The notes beneath the pieces were generated by a model, which did no database searches, was not told where the DNA came from, and saw only the letters and a program-made list of their open reading frames with translations. From Candidatus Woesearchaeota archaeon (GTDB taxonomy: Archaea > Nanobdellota > Nanobdellia > SCGC-AAA011-G17 > GW2011-AR20): a stretch of DNA of 40,782 nt. Made by a program: the position numbers and the translations under genes. The stretch spans positions 1 to 40,782 of the forward strand of contig CAYHTT010000003.1 of the NCBI GenBank assembly GCA_964359725.1, in the 5' to 3' direction. Below are positions 1 to 8,958 of the stretch, piece after piece (the stretch's first letter is position 1; each line of letters begins with the position of its first letter).

Positions 1-2
1 AA

Positions 3-275
3 GATTTACCACAGAACTATTCCTTAAAACAGAACTACCCGAACCCTTTCAATCCCTCGACAACGATTGAATTTGAAATCCCAAATATAAGTTATACAAC
101 TTTAAAGATATTTAATATCTTAGGTGGGGAATTAGAAACATTAGTTAATAAAGAACTTTCTCCTGGAAGTTATAAAGTAAATTGGGATGCTAAAAATTTA
201 TCAAGCGGTATTTACTTTTATCAATTAAAGACTAATGATTATATAAATACAAAAAAAATGCTCCTTTTAAAATAA
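3..275 (+). CDS. 5'-truncated CDS; C-terminal ~90 aa is a type IX secretion (Por) C-terminal sorting domain-like module
   Basis: Manual translation from position 3: DLPQNYSLKQNYPNPFNPSTTIEFEIPNISYTTLKIFNILGGELETLVNKELSPGSYKVNWDAKNLSSGIYFYQLKTNDYINTKKMLLLK*. Has the NYPNPFNP, ..IFNILG, LSSGIYFY and KKMLLLK-stop hallmarks. Absent from the ORF track because its start lies outside the window. Confidence 0.9.
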   Translation, partial: DLPQNYSLKQNYPNPFNPSTTIEFEIPNISYTTLKIFNILGGELETLVNKELSPGSYKVNWDAKNLSSGIYFYQLKTNDYINTKKMLLLK

Positions 276-444
276 TTAATAAAAAGTTTTAAATTCATAA
301 TCCTAGAAAGAATAAATTTTGTAGCCCATAACAATATCATTAAGCATCTAAAAAATTATTTATAAATTGTTTAATCTAATTTTAAAAAACTAAATAACAT
401 AAATTTTATATACAGTCTATTGTTTATAATTTAAAGGTGATATT

Positions 445-1956
445 GTGAAAGTTTATGGTAATTTTATAAATGGAAAATTTGTTAAGCCATTATCTAAAAA
501 ATATCTTAATGTTATTAATCCTTATAATGAAAAAACTATAGCGAAAGTTCCTGATTCTAATAAAAAAGATGTTGATCTAACTGTAAATGCTGCAAGAAAA
601 TCATTTGACTCAGGAATATGGAATGAGATGACTGTTGGAGAAAGAAGTTCTTATTTATTAAAATTAGCTGATTTAATTGAAAAAAATTTACTTAAAATTG
701 CAAAGCTTGAATCAATGAATCAAGGTAAAACAATTAAAATGGCTCGTGATTCGGATATACCTTTTGCAATTGATAATTTAAGATTTTTTGCAGGTGCTGC
801 TCGTTCAATGAAAGATGTAACACCACAAGAATATATTGATTATCATGAGAAAAGAAAACATAAACCTCTAGGCACAAGTTTAATTAAACGTGAACCTATT
901 GGAGTTGTAGCAAGTATTACACCATGGAATTATCCTTTTATGATGGCTATATGGAAAATTGGACCTGCATTAGCAATGGGTAATACAGTTGTAATTAAAC
1001 CAGCTTCTACTACTCCATTAACAACTTTAGAATTAGCAATATTGGCAAAAAAAGTTGGAATTCCAGATGGTGTATTAAATGTCGTTACAGGTTCTGGACA
1101 AGTGGTTGGCGCTGCTCTTGCATCACATGAAAAAGTTGATATGATTTCTTTAACAGGAAATACAGAAACTGGAAAAGAAATTCAAAAACTTGCAACTAGC
1201 AATTTAAAAAAATTACATCTTGAGCTTGGGGGAAAAGCTCCATTTATTGTTTTAGAGGATGCTGATTTAGAAGCTGCTGCTGAAGGTGCTATTGTAGCTA
1301 GCATAGTTAATAGTGGACAAGATTGTACTGCTGCTGCTCGCATCTATGTACATAGTAAAATTCATAATCAATTTATAGAAAAATTAAAACATAAAGCTAT
1401 GAAAGTTCGTTTAGGCAACCCATTAAAAGAAACTACAGATTTAGGACCTTTAAACAGCAAAACCCATTTAGAACGTGTACAAAATTTTGTTAAAATTGGA
1501 AAAAAAGAAGGTGCAAGAATTTATTATCAAGGTAAAAAACCAAAAGGTAAAGGCTATTTTATGCCTATTCACATAATGACAAATGTAAATCAAAAATCTA
1601 ATTTATGCCAGCAAGAAATTTTCGGTCCAATACTTAATGTTCTTAAATTTAATAATACACAAGATGTTATTCAAAAAGCAAATGATGTTGATTATGGTTT
1701 AGCAAGTAGCGTATGGACAAAAGATATTAAAAAAGCTTTTATTGTAGCAAATAAATTAAAATTTGGTGAAGTTTGGATTAATGATCATTTACCTTTAGTA
1801 AGTGAGATGCCTCATGGGGGAGTAAAACAAACAGGCCATGGAAGAGATTTAAGTGTGTATGCATTAGAAGAATATAGTAATGTTAAGCATGTTTATATTG
1901 ATTTAAGTGGGAAAGCAAGAAAACCTTGGCATTATACTGTTTATGGTAAAAAATAA
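445..1956 (+). CDS. NAD-dependent aldehyde dehydrogenase, probably aminobutyraldehyde/betaine-aldehyde type
   Basis: PWNYP, KPAS, TGNTETG, LELGGKAP (catalytic Glu), NSGQDC (catalytic Cys), EIFGP. GTG start preceded by SD-like AAGGTGA. Confidence 0.93.
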   Translation: MKVYGNFINGKFVKPLSKKYLNVINPYNEKTIAKVPDSNKKDVDLTVNAARKSFDSGIWNEMTVGERSSYLLKLADLIEKNLLKIAKLESMNQGKTIKMARDSDIPFAIDNLRFFAGAARSMKDVTPQEYIDYHEKRKHKPLGTSLIKREPIGVVASITPWNYPFMMAIWKIGPALAMGNTVVIKPASTTPLTTLELAILAKKVGIPDGVLNVVTGSGQVVGAALASHEKVDMISLTGNTETGKEIQKLATSNLKKLHLELGGKAPFIVLEDADLEAAAEGAIVASIVNSGQDCTAAARIYVHSKIHNQFIEKLKHKAMKVRLGNPLKETTDLGPLNSKTHLERVQNFVKIGKKEGARIYYQGKKPKGKGYFMPIHIMTNVNQKSNLCQQEIFGPILNVLKFNNTQDVIQKANDVDYGLASSVWTKDIKKAFIVANKLKFGEVWINDHLPLVSEMPHGGVKQTGHGRDLSVYALEEYSNVKHVYIDLSGKARKPWHYTVYGKK

Positions 1957-1997
1957 TTCTTAGTAAACTTTTTAAATATTTTTATTAGAATAAAGAT

Positions 1998-2699
1998 ATG
2001 GAAGTTAGAGGAAAATTAATACATTGTGTAGATATTGTAAAATGTGAAGAACCAAAAGAAGAGATTAATTATTACTTAGAAGAGAATGAACTAGATTTTA
2101 ATTCTTTTAGAAATATTTTCTTTAAAGATTTTAATTTGCAATATATTTTATATTATGCTATTGATCGTAATATTCATCTGCATATAGCAACACACTCAAA
2201 AGCAACAAGTACTTGCGAAGAAAAATCTCAAATAACAGGATTGCCATTAGAAAGGGTAATTAAAGGAGTTTATTTAGAGGATACTAAAGAAGAAAAAACC
2301 TATGCAATTTCAATACCTGGAACAAAACATTCTTCTGATATTAGATTAAAGCTTGCAAATTTTCTTGGAATAAATGATTACGAAATTATAAAAGATAATA
2401 GAATAAGAAAAGCGAGAAAAGAATTTTTACCAGTAAATATAGAATATGGAACAGTCCATCCTATTGTAAATTTAGAAAGTTTTACCCCAAACGGAAAATT
2501 AGAATTAATATTATTTGATAAAAAATATTTAGAAAAGAGAAGATTAGAAAATGGTTTAGACGATTTCTCATTTACAACACACCCAAGTACTGGTTACGAC
2601 AATCATAGAATTTCATTACAAATAAATTATGCAAGCTTATTTGAAATTTTAAGATTTACATTTGGGGATGAAAAAGTAAAAACTATTGATTTAATTTAA
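1998..2699 (+). CDS. Divergent YbaK/ProX-like aminoacyl-tRNA editing-domain protein
   Basis: Pattern T.EE....G....VIK..YL......AISIPG....LA.FLG....R.A and a GxxxP motif (YGTVHP) resemble the YbaK/INS fold; N- and C-terminal extensions. Confidence 0.55.
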   Translation: MEVRGKLIHCVDIVKCEEPKEEINYYLEENELDFNSFRNIFFKDFNLQYILYYAIDRNIHLHIATHSKATSTCEEKSQITGLPLERVIKGVYLEDTKEEKTYAISIPGTKHSSDIRLKLANFLGINDYEIIKDNRIRKARKEFLPVNIEYGTVHPIVNLESFTPNGKLELILFDKKYLEKRRLENGLDDFSFTTHPSTGYDNHRISLQINYASLFEILRFTFGDEKVKTIDLI

Positions 2700-3904
2700 T
2701 GTTTAACATTTAAAACATAACTATATTTCCTTGATAAATATCTAAACATTATTGGGCTAATTAAAGTTGTTAGAAAACTCATTAATATTATAGATGAGTA
2801 CATTGCTATTGTGAATAATCCAGCTTGTAATGCTAATGAGGATATTACGATTTCTATGTCTCCCCTAGAACTAATACCAAATCCAACTGTTAATCCTTCT
2901 TTAAAACTACCTTTGCTTAACATCACCCCTAAAATACTTCCACCTAATGTTCCTAGTAAAGCTATTGCCAAAAATATAATTGCTAAATTAATATTTGAAG
3001 TAATGGAAAATAAATCTGTTCTTAAACCAGCTGAAACAAAAAATATTGGTACTAAAAATCCAAAAGAAATTAAATGAACAGATTTTGCTATGCTATGTTC
3101 TTCCCATGGCTTAGGATGCTTACCGGTAAGTAAAATTTGTCTTATAATTAAGCCAGAGAATAATGCTCCAATAAATATTCCTAATCCAAGTAAATTAGAT
3201 AATGTTGCTGTTAATAAAGCAATAATAATTGCACCGGAAAATAAACTTGTATTAGATTTAGCAGATTCAAAAAATCTTAAAATATGCGGGAAAATTAAAA
3301 ATCTTAACAATATCAAAGCTACTACAAAAATTAAGATGTTTGTTACCGAGATATAAATTCCTTTTAATGGTGTTGCAGAACTTATTAATGCTAATATTAT
3401 GCTAACTAAAATTAATTCAAATACATCATTAGCTGCTCCGCTCATAACAATTAAATTACCGACTCTTGTCTTTAATATTTTAAGACCCTCAAGTAAATCA
3501 ACTGCAATAACTTGGGAAGTTGCTGCAAGAGCAATTCCAATTATTATACTAGTTAATACTTCAAAATTAAAAATAAATCTAAATATCAAAAATCCTGCTG
3601 TTAAAGGTAATAAGAAATTAAATAAAGAAACTAGAAATGATTCTTTTAAATTAAATTTAAATTCTCTTAAATTAATATTTAATCCAATAAAGAAAAATAA
3701 TAACACTATGCCAATCTCTGCTAAAGAATTTATAATAGTTAATGAATCTTGGGTAAATAATTTATCCCTTATAATAGGAAATCCAAAAAATAATCCTACA
3801 AATAAATGTCCAATAACACGAGGAACTTTAATTAGCTTGCATACCTCACCAAAAAGAAAGGTTGCAATTATAATCAAACCAATAACAAATAGTTCACTTG
3901 CCAA
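2696..3904 (-). CDS. Cation:proton antiporter (CPA2/Kef-NapA type)
   Basis: Many TM segments; LAEIGIVLLFFFIGL, AANDV, FLVPIFFVSAG, SRGDI motifs. TTG start with GAGGTT upstream. Confidence 0.9.
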   Translation of the reverse strand: MASELFVIGLIIIATFLFGEVCKLIKVPRVIGHLFVGLFFGFPIIRDKLFTQDSLTIINSLAEIGIVLLFFFIGLNINLREFKFNLKESFLVSLFNFLLPLTAGFLIFRFIFNFEVLTSIIIGIALAATSQVIAVDLLEGLKILKTRVGNLIVMSGAANDVFELILVSIILALISSATPLKGIYISVTNILIFVVALILLRFLIFPHILRFFESAKSNTSLFSGAIIIALLTATLSNLLGLGIFIGALFSGLIIRQILLTGKHPKPWEEHSIAKSVHLISFGFLVPIFFVSAGLRTDLFSITSNINLAIIFLAIALLGTLGGSILGVMLSKGSFKEGLTVGFGISSRGDIEIVISSLALQAGLFTIAMYSSIILMSFLTTLISPIMFRYLSRKYSYVLNVKH

Positions 3905-3954
3905 AATATCAACCTCTTTTAAATTTTAAAGAATTTTTAAGTATTTAAATATTA

Positions 3955-4281
3955 TTAATTATTTAGATAGACTGAAACTCTTCCACTAACATAAAATATA
4001 TCACTGCAAGTTCCAGTTTCCAAAAGATTCTCATGGTGATATGGATAAAGAGTTATTGAAAAATTTTTAGCGTTTCCAAAATAAAGATTAAATGGCTCGT
4101 GATAAACATCAATAGTTTCCTTATCATCTTTGGTTAATTTCAATGTAAATGGAATTTGTCTTTTAGCTCCATCATAATCTTTAAAATTTAATATACCTTC
4201 CAAATCTTGTTTTCGTAATTTTAATGCTTCTTTTTTAGAAAGATGGACTTTTATTTTTAAACCTGTTGAGGAAGCTTTCAT
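3955..4281 (-). CDS. Hypothetical protein
   Basis: 108-aa ORF filling the gap downstream of asnS; no recognised motif. Confidence 0.6.
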   Translation of the reverse strand: MKASSTGLKIKVHLSKKEALKLRKQDLEGILNFKDYDGAKRQIPFTLKLTKDDKETIDVYHEPFNLYFGNAKNFSITLYPYHHENLLETGTCSDIFYVSGRVSVYLNN

Positions 4282-4315
4282 AATACTAAAAATTAGATAA
4301 AATTTATAAAACTAC

Positions 4316-5605
4316 TTAAGGTGTATAGCGCAACATTGTTCTTGGAAATGGAATAGCATCCTTAATATTATCTAATTTACACAACCATGCAACTACTCTT
4401 TCTACACCTAAACCATAACCAGCATGTGGTACACTTCCATATTTTCTAGTATCAAAATACCATTCATAATTCTCAGCTTTCTCACCTTGTTTTTTTAACC
4501 ATTTCTTTAATTCATTAATATTTATATCACGTTGACTCCCTCCAATAAGTTCTCCATAGCCTTCTGGAGCAAGCATATCAAAACAAAGAGCTTCTTTAGG
4601 ATTTTTTGTATCTACTGGTTTGTAAAATGCCATTATTTCTTTTGGATAATGGGTAACGATTAATGGTTTGTCAAAATGTTTCATAATTAAATCCTCTTCT
4701 ATTGTTCTTAAATCTTTACCAAACGGGATATTAATTTTTTCTTTTTCTTTAAGCATTTTTAATACTTCGGCATATTTTAATCTAGGAAATGGTGGTTTAA
4801 TTTTCTTTAATTTTTCAATATCTTGCCCTAGTAATTTTAATTCTTTAGAATTTTCTTTAACAACACTTTGCACAATATAAGCAACACATTCTTCTGCTGA
4901 TTTTACTAAATCATTTAAGTTATACCAAGCAGCTTCCATCTCAGCCATCCAAAATTCTGCTAAATGTCTGCTTGTCTTGCTTCTTTCTGCGCGAAAACAT
5001 GGTGAAATACAAAATATTTTTTCTAAAGCAAATATTGCAGCTTCAGCATAAAGTTGCCAAGATTGTGTAAGATAAACTTTTTTATCAAAATATTTTACTT
5101 CAAATAATGTTGCACCTCCTTCACTTGCTAAAGGCGTGAATATTGGTGGTGCCATTTCATAAAATCCTTGTTTATAATAATAATCCCGGAAAGCTTTCAT
5201 AACTGTGCTGCGTATTTTCATTACCGCAGTTAAATTTCTACTTCTAATCCATAAATGTCTTTTATCGAGTAAAAACTCGGGACTTTGATCTTTTTTTATT
5301 GGAAATACATCTGCAAATTGTATTACCTTTAGTTTAGAAACTTGTATTTCATATCCAGTAGGAGCTCTTTTATCTTGTTCTAATATGCCTTCTAGTTCAA
5401 CAGAACTTTCAATTAATAATTTATTAGCATCTTCCCATTCTTTCTTGCTTACTTTATCTTGCTTTACTACGCATTGAATTATATTACTAGAATCACGAAT
5501 AACTAAAAAAACCATATCTTTTTGTTTTCTTTCACGATAAACCCAACCACGAATTGGGACTTTTCCTTTCCTTTTCTTTAGTACTTCTTCTATTGAAATA
5601 AACAT
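4316..5605 (-). CDS. asnS: Asparagine--tRNA ligase
   Basis: OB-fold start IRGWVYR, LLDKRHLWIRS, EGGATLF, YLTQSWQLY, motif 2 FRAERSKTSRHLAEFW, GELIGGSQR, motif 3 YGSVPHAGYGLGVER. Confidence 0.93.
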   Translation of the reverse strand: MFISIEEVLKKRKGKVPIRGWVYRERKQKDMVFLVIRDSSNIIQCVVKQDKVSKKEWEDANKLLIESSVELEGILEQDKRAPTGYEIQVSKLKVIQFADVFPIKKDQSPEFLLDKRHLWIRSRNLTAVMKIRSTVMKAFRDYYYKQGFYEMAPPIFTPLASEGGATLFEVKYFDKKVYLTQSWQLYAEAAIFALEKIFCISPCFRAERSKTSRHLAEFWMAEMEAAWYNLNDLVKSAEECVAYIVQSVVKENSKELKLLGQDIEKLKKIKPPFPRLKYAEVLKMLKEKEKINIPFGKDLRTIEEDLIMKHFDKPLIVTHYPKEIMAFYKPVDTKNPKEALCFDMLAPEGYGELIGGSQRDININELKKWLKKQGEKAENYEWYFDTRKYGSVPHAGYGLGVERVVAWLCKLDNIKDAIPFPRTMLRYTP

Positions 5606-5686
5606 AAAATTATTAATAATCAGCTATATTAAAATATTGTGTTTTAGAAGCATTTTTAATTTTAACTATTACAATTATATTTTCTT

Positions 5687-6094
5687 ATGGTAAATATTTA
5701 TAAAAAAACTAAAAATGTATTTTATTATAGTTTGCTCTCTTTAATTCTTGGTTGCAATACAGAATTAACTTTGCCAGATAATATTCCACCTTACACAAAA
5801 ATTATAAAACCAGATAATAACGAGGTATTTAATACAGATTCTGTAGAAGTAGAATGGGATGGTTATGATGTAGATGGCAAAGTTATTGGTTATTTTCACA
5901 GATTAGATAATAATATTAATATTTATCCACTAACTGAGAGAATAGTTATTACAGATTCTACCCAAGATAAGAAAAAGTTGTTTACCAACTTAAGAAATGG
6001 TTATTATAGATTTGAAGTAAAAGCCCAAGATGATTATGGTGATTATGATCCTATACCTGAAATAAGATATTTTCTTATTGATGTTAAAAAATAA
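5687..6094 (+). CDS. Predicted lipoprotein with a single Ig/FN3-like beta-sandwich
   Basis: Signal ending LILG-C; pattern N.PP.T.I..P...V.W.G.D.DG...Y..LD...F..L..G.Y.FEVKA.D..G..DP.P typical of FN3-like/Y_Y_Y extracellular domains. Confidence 0.65.
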   Translation: MVNIYKKTKNVFYYSLLSLILGCNTELTLPDNIPPYTKIIKPDNNEVFNTDSVEVEWDGYDVDGKVIGYFHRLDNNINIYPLTERIVITDSTQDKKKLFTNLRNGYYRFEVKAQDDYGDYDPIPEIRYFLIDVKK

Positions 6095-6134
6095 TATAGA
6101 AAGGCTTTTATATTTTAATTAATTTTTAATTTTA

Positions 6135-7583
6135 ATGTTAGAAGATATTTTAAATTCTGGTAGTGATAGAAGAAATTTCCTAAAACAAATTTCAATCGTA
6201 GGAGGCTCTTTATTTTTACCAAATATTTTAGGATGTGGTGATGGTGGTACATCAACCAGTCCTGTAATTAGCGAGCCTAAAAAACCTGCCACAACTCAAA
6301 ATCATGGAAATTATGAATCATTTCAAAGTTCTACTAACAATGATGGTATTATAAATTTAGTTAATAAAAATGGTGAAGATGTAACAATTAGGGTAATTAA
6401 TGAACAAGGTCAAGAAGTCGGGGGAGGCATAGGAGTAACATATTATGAAAATAATAATGGGAATATATTTATTGGAACCGTGGATCCGTTACAGCAATAT
6501 CTCCCTGGTTTTAGATCTATAGGTGGTTTGGGTAAATATGGGCTTAACAAGCAACAAGGATTAATAGAAGTAGTAAATTATCTCCTTAATACAAATAAGT
6601 ATGTAAACCTAGCTTATAAATTTTTTAGGGATGATAAATTTAATTTTAGACATAGAGATATCTTGATAAGGATACCCGGGGTTCAACATTGGGGAGATTT
6701 TAGTTTTAATGATATAAGAAATTTTAATTTAATTTTGAATAGAACTGGAGCAATTATATTTCCAGTATTTCCAGAAATTGGTGGACCTTTAGTTGCTGCT
6801 ACTACTACAGTTGAAAATATAATAAAATACACAGATGAGTTTATAGATATATTAAATACTTTTGGATTAGAAATAGATAAGAATGAGCAATTTGAATTTT
6901 ATTATTTATTCCCACCATTTAATATGCTTTTCTTTTTCATGCCAAAAATAAGCTCTAATATACGAGATTATGTTGACCTTAGTCAAGGTAATTGGTGGAA
7001 ATACAAAGTACCAGGGCAATCGAGTTTATTAGAAGTAAAAGTCGAGGGGTATAGGAATATAGATGGTAAAAATGTTCCTGCTCTAAAACAATCTAATGGT
7101 ATTACAGCATACCAAGGTTATGATGGTAATGAATTCAAAACATATGGTCTTGAATTTGCTGGTAATTTCATAAAATTTACAAATCCCATTGTAGTTGGGG
7201 ATAGTTCATTAGAGCTAAATAAAAATTATACCACCACCACAGGCATTAGTGGTATTCCGGGTTATAGTGAAACACATAGTTATACATATGAAAAACTTAA
7301 AGTTTTAGCTGCAAAAAAGGACTTATCTTATAGATGTTGGCAGGCTAAAGTTGAACTTAGAAATTCTAATGGTGCTTACGCTTACTCAAATACATGGTTT
7401 GCTAAGGGTATCGGACAAATAAAAATCTATGATCCTAACTCTGGGGATATAAGATTAGTAGAGGCTTATATAAATGGTAGACATCATACTGGATTTACTG
7501 ATACCCTCATGGCAAAAACAGAAGGTAAATCTGCAGAAAAAATTTTAATTGGTGCTTCTTTATTTAATTATAAATTGCCGTAG
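6135..7583 (+). CDS. Predicted Tat-exported lipoprotein, unknown function
   Basis: Twin-arginine motif DRRNFLK, hydrophobic stretch, ILG-C lipobox, S/T/P linker; beta-rich C-terminal domain (GNWWKY ... TWFAKGIGQIK). Confidence 0.7.
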   Translation: MLEDILNSGSDRRNFLKQISIVGGSLFLPNILGCGDGGTSTSPVISEPKKPATTQNHGNYESFQSSTNNDGIINLVNKNGEDVTIRVINEQGQEVGGGIGVTYYENNNGNIFIGTVDPLQQYLPGFRSIGGLGKYGLNKQQGLIEVVNYLLNTNKYVNLAYKFFRDDKFNFRHRDILIRIPGVQHWGDFSFNDIRNFNLILNRTGAIIFPVFPEIGGPLVAATTTVENIIKYTDEFIDILNTFGLEIDKNEQFEFYYLFPPFNMLFFFMPKISSNIRDYVDLSQGNWWKYKVPGQSSLLEVKVEGYRNIDGKNVPALKQSNGITAYQGYDGNEFKTYGLEFAGNFIKFTNPIVVGDSSLELNKNYTTTTGISGIPGYSETHSYTYEKLKVLAAKKDLSYRCWQAKVELRNSNGAYAYSNTWFAKGIGQIKIYDPNSGDIRLVEAYINGRHHTGFTDTLMAKTEGKSAEKILIGASLFNYKLP

Positions 7584-7585
7584 TA

Positions 7586-8884
7586 TCAAGGTGTTAATCT
7601 TTCTCTATCTCTTGGAAATAAACAAGCTTCTCTAATATTATCTAATTTTAATAATGCCATCGTAAATCTTTCAAGACCGATGGACCAGCCAGAATGGGGT
7701 GCACCACCGTAGCGAAATGCATTTACATAAAATTCAAAATCTTTTGGGTTTAATCCTTGTAATTTTAATCTCCTAATTAATAATTCGGGTAAATGTACAC
7801 GTTGTCCACCAGAACTAATCTCGATTCCATTATATAAAGCATCAAATCCTTTACTTAGTTTTTCATTATCTTTTAAGCTAGCTGGCATAATATAAAAAGG
7901 TTTTAAGCTTAAAGGCCATGCATAAATGAATACAATATTATTAGAATAAATCCCCCCTAATTTTTTTTCAGCTTCTGGTGTTAAATCTTCTCCATATTTA
8001 ATATTCATTTTATTTTTGCTAAGAATTTTTAAAGTTTCATCATAACTCAAATATTTAGCTTTAGGGATTTTTAACTTTAAATTTAACATCTCAAGCTCTT
8101 CTTTACAATTTTTAATAACATTTTTAATAATGTATTGAACTGCTTGCTCTAAGTATTTCATAACTTGAAAATCATCATTAAATGCAACTTCAATATCCAT
8201 TTGTCTTGATTCATTTAAATGCCTAACTGTATTATGTTTTTCAGCTCTCCAAACTGGGGTTATTGTAAATACTTTTTCTAAGGAAATAGCACATAATTGT
8301 TTATATAATTGAGGACTTTGAGCTAAGTAAGCCTGTTTTTCAAAATATTTTACAGAAAATAATTCTGTACCTCCTTCACTTGCACTTGCTATAATACTCG
8401 GACATTGAATCTCAATAAAATCATTCTTCTTAAAAAATTCTTTAAATAAAGTAGAAATTTCGCTTTGTATTTTAAATATTGCTTGTGTTCTTTTTTTTCT
8501 TAAATCTAAACTTCTATTATCTAATCTTACACTTAAATCTGTTACAATACTTTTATCTTTTTCATAAACTTGCATTGGTAATTTCTCTGCTTTACTTATT
8601 AACTCTAAATTATTAACCTCAACTTCATAATTTTTAATACTTAATTCAGGACTAGTAAGTTTAGCTTGCTTAACTTTACCTGCAATTGAAATTACACTTT
8701 CTAAGCTTAATTTAGAAATATTATTAAAAGCTTTATTTTCAGGCTTAACAACGCATTGTACTACACCAGTAATATCTCTTAACAAAATAAATTTAGCTTT
8801 TGGTAGCTCACGAATATCATGGACCCAACCTTGTAAAAAAACTTCTTTTTTTCCTTTAATATCATTAACATAAGTACGTTGCAT
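7586..8884 (-). CDS. aspS: Aspartate--tRNA ligase, archaeal type
   Basis: LQGWVHDIR, RLDNRSLDLR, SEGGTELF, YLAQSPQLYKQ, WRAEKHNTVRHLNE, EISSGGQR, PHSGWSIGLER, LFPRD; 432 aa, with no bacterial insertion. Confidence 0.95.
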   Translation of the reverse strand: MQRTYVNDIKGKKEVFLQGWVHDIRELPKAKFILLRDITGVVQCVVKPENKAFNNISKLSLESVISIAGKVKQAKLTSPELSIKNYEVEVNNLELISKAEKLPMQVYEKDKSIVTDLSVRLDNRSLDLRKKRTQAIFKIQSEISTLFKEFFKKNDFIEIQCPSIIASASEGGTELFSVKYFEKQAYLAQSPQLYKQLCAISLEKVFTITPVWRAEKHNTVRHLNESRQMDIEVAFNDDFQVMKYLEQAVQYIIKNVIKNCKEELEMLNLKLKIPKAKYLSYDETLKILSKNKMNIKYGEDLTPEAEKKLGGIYSNNIVFIYAWPLSLKPFYIMPASLKDNEKLSKGFDALYNGIEISSGGQRVHLPELLIRRLKLQGLNPKDFEFYVNAFRYGGAPHSGWSIGLERFTMALLKLDNIREACLFPRDRERLTP

Positions 8885-8958
8885 TAATTTAATAACTAAA
8901 ATAGAATTATATAAATGTTACCATAACCTATTTAAATCAAGCTCATTTCTTAGTAATT

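Noticed and set aside
2811-3929. Three plus-strand ORFs (88, 88, 176 aa)
   Set aside because: Antisense shadows of the hydrophobic antiporter gene; Ile/Asn/Lys/Pro-rich with no motifs.
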